A DNA stretch of 62,943 nucleotides, taken from the sequence record DRR723986_8408; one strand, 5' to 3'. This document shows positions 60,843-62,943 of this stretch, in pieces (positions within the stretch are counted from its first letter, which is position 1; each line of letters begins with the position of its first letter). The position numbers and the translations under genes are program-made. The notes under the pieces were generated by a model. The model did not search any database, had not been told where the DNA came from, and worked only from the letters and a program-made list of their open reading frames with translations.

Positions 60843-62943
60843 TTATTTTGACGGACGGAACGACTTTTTGCCGCCAGACTTCTTTCCACCGCTCTTGAAC
60901 GGCTTACCAGGACCTTTGCGTTTGCCGAATGCCTTGCTGCCCTTCTTCCCGCCGGATTGCCAGCGTGACTGACCACCGCCTCCGCCGCGACGATCGCCTC
61001 GCGAACCCTCGAAGTCACCCACGGGCCGCAACCTCAATTGTTTGCCAGCCACCCATGTCTTGGACAGTTGATTCGCAATGTTCGCAGTTACTTCTTCCGG
61101 CAGATCGACCGTGCTGTAGCTGTCTTGGATTGAAATCGCACCAATGTCGCAACCGGCAATGCCCGCCTCGTTAGCAATCGCACCAACAATATTGCCAGGT
61201 TTCACGCCGTCACTACTGCCAACTTCGATACGATATCGCTTCATCCCGCGACGCGGTGGGCGAGCATTTGAGAAGCCGCGTCGTTCGCCACGTGGAGCAC
61301 GCGAATCTTGACGGCCGCGACGCAAATCTGGTTCAGGAATGTCACCAACGACGAAGGGCTTTTCACTCTGTGCTACCGCTGCAATTGCCGCGGCAATCTC
61401 TTCGGCCGTCAGCCCAGACTCTTCGATACACTCCGCTACAACACGCTGAAAAGGCTTGCGGAGCTTCTTGCGCTGTGCCGTCTCGATGACCTGCTCTTTG
61501 AAATCGCTCAGACGTTTTTCGTTGACTTGCCTGGCCGTTGGTGCGGTGACGACTTCGATAGGTTTGCGCGTTGCATTTTCGATGTACCGAAGTTTTCCTC
61601 GCTGTGCTGGAGTTAGGAAAATGTACGCTGCACCTTCACGACCTGCTCGACCGGTGCGGCCAATTCGGTGCACGTAAGACTCACTATCGTGCGGCAAATC
61701 GTAGTTGAATACGTGGCTAATTCGCTGCACGTCGAGCCCTCGTGCGGCAACGTCTGTTGCGACTACGATGTCGAGTTGTCCAGCCTTCAATTGATCTACG
61801 GTCCGCTGGCGTCGATTCTGAGGCAAATCGCCATTCAGTGCCGCCGCGCTGAGCCCGAGCTTGGAAAGCCGTTCAGCGACCGATACGGTGGAGTCCTTTG
61901 TCTTGGTGAAGACAATCACACCATCGGTGGTTTCGATTTCCATGATGCGAGCCAACAGATCGAGCTTGTTGCGCTCGTTGACGAAGACGCATTTTTGCTT
62001 GATCGAATCCGCGGTCAACGTTTGCTTGCGAACCGTAACTCGTACCGGATCGTTCAGGTGCTTGTCCGCGATCTCACGGATCGGTCCTGGCATGGTGGCG
62101 GAGAAGAGGGCAATTTGCCGCGTGTCAGGCGTGTTGGACAACACGAACTGCACATCTTCCAGAAAGCCCATGTTGAGCATTTCGTCTGCTTCGTCCAAAA
62201 CCAAACACTGAATTGCATCAAGCTTCAGCGAACCACGTTTGATGTGATCAATTATCCGACCTGGAGTTCCGACAACAACATGGACGCCTCGACGTAGGCT
62301 GCGAAGTTGTGGTTCATAGTCAGCGCCACCGTAGACCGCCGTGATGCGAAGGCGAGGAATACAGTCGCCGTACCGCTCAAAGGAGGTCGCTACCTGTTGG
62401 GCAAGTTCGCGGGTTGGAGCTAGTACCAAGACAGTTGGCAGTACACGTTCTTGTTTGCCACTCAAATCCAACTTGGAAAGAATTGGCAATGCAAAAGCTG
62501 CAGTTTTCCCGGTACCCGTTTGCGACTGAGCAACCAGGTCTCGCCCTGCAAGCATCTCAGGGATAATCCGAGCTTGGATGTCGGTTGGTTCAATGTAACC
62601 AGCCTGTTGTACTGAAAGTTGCACCGAATGGCTGAGCGGCAGGTCTTTGAATAGAATCTTGTCCGGATCCACTTTAGGCGTTTCGACCGCGGCCACCTCT
62701 TCAGTTGCTTGCGGAGCTGGCGCGGAGGCTGCTACTTCGGTTTCCGCAGCAGTGATTTCGCTTGCCTTCATCTCACCAGAGACAGCCTGCGCGGACTGGT
62801 CTTTTGCAGCCGGTGCGTCGTCGGCCTTCTCGTCTTGAGCCTCAACGACGATGGCTTCGGGCTCGGCAGTGGCAACGACCTCTGATTCAGTGATGGCCAC
62901 TTGCGTCTGCTCCGTGACGGCTTGCTCAGTGACGGCTTGCTCA
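60843..62943 (-). CDS. deaD: DEAD-box RNA helicase DeaD/CsdA with DbpA RNA-binding domain (5' end likely beyond the window)
   Basis: TGTGKT, PTRELA, DEAD, SAT, HRIGRTGRAG and a C-terminal DbpA-type domain (PGNIVGAIANE). The frame stays open past 62900 to the window edge. Confidence 0.93.
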   Translation of the reverse strand, partial: EQAVTEQAVTEQTQVAITESEVVATAEPEAIVVEAQDEKADDAPAAKDQSAQAVSGEMKASEITAAETEVAASAPAPQATEEVAAVETPKVDPDKILFKDLPLSHSVQLSVQQAGYIEPTDIQARIIPEMLAGRDLVAQSQTGTGKTAAFALPILSKLDLSGKQERVLPTVLVLAPTRELAQQVATSFERYGDCIPRLRITAVYGGADYEPQLRSLRRGVHVVVGTPGRIIDHIKRGSLKLDAIQCLVLDEADEMLNMGFLEDVQFVLSNTPDTRQIALFSATMPGPIREIADKHLNDPVRVTVRKQTLTADSIKQKCVFVNERNKLDLLARIMEIETTDGVIVFTKTKDSTVSVAERLSKLGLSAAALNGDLPQNRRQRTVDQLKAGQLDIVVATDVAARGLDVQRISHVFNYDLPHDSESYVHRIGRTGRAGREGAAYIFLTPAQRGKLRYIENATRKPIEVVTAPTARQVNEKRLSDFKEQVIETAQRKKLRKPFQRVVAECIEESGLTAEEIAAAIAAVAQSEKPFVVGDIPEPDLRRGRQDSRAPRGERRGFSNARPPRRGMKRYRIEVGSSDGVKPGNIVGAIANEAGIAGCDIGAISIQDSYSTVDLPEEVTANIANQLSKTWVAGKQLRLRPVGDFEGSRGDRRGGGGGQSRWQSGGKKGSKAFGKRKGPGKPFKSGGKKSGGKKSFRPSK
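62914..62943. repeat. 15-bp in-frame tandem repeat (EQAVT) in the deaD N-terminal extension
   Basis: GTGACGGCTTGCTCA x2, truncated by the window end. Confidence 0.8.

Overview
This is a 63-kb chromosomal window from a planctomycete, most likely Pirellulaceae-like. That call rests on the DUF1549/1553 and DUF1592 cytochrome-c proteins, DUF1501, three sulfatases and a PQQ-like propeller. Most of it is core or planctomycete-typical content: two RpoD-family sigma factors, tRNA-Thr(CGT), a TPR protein with two alpha-CTD domains, tgt, gyrB, rlmA, CBS-type ppaC, dnaG, pilT with a degenerate PilB/GspE-like ATPase, hisF, nadA, phoD, a SWIM-SNF2 helicase and deaD. I saw no transposase, integrase, prophage, reverse transcriptase or CRISPR array. 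The most notable items are: (1) an ARM/HEAT-like plus SWIM-finger gene pair resembling type XIII retron accessory genes, but with no RT nearby; (2) a ~133-nt rod-shaped RNA structure between dnaG and rpoD; (3) a complete sigma54-type promoter architecture upstream of the second, region-1.1-less RpoD paralogue; (4) GTAG-REP doublets bracketing a single orphan gene; (5) an 11-bp-periodic Pho-box-like array; (6) several enzymes with non-canonical catalytic motifs. All family calls come from reading motifs by eye, not from database searches. Start codons were refined by eye where noted.
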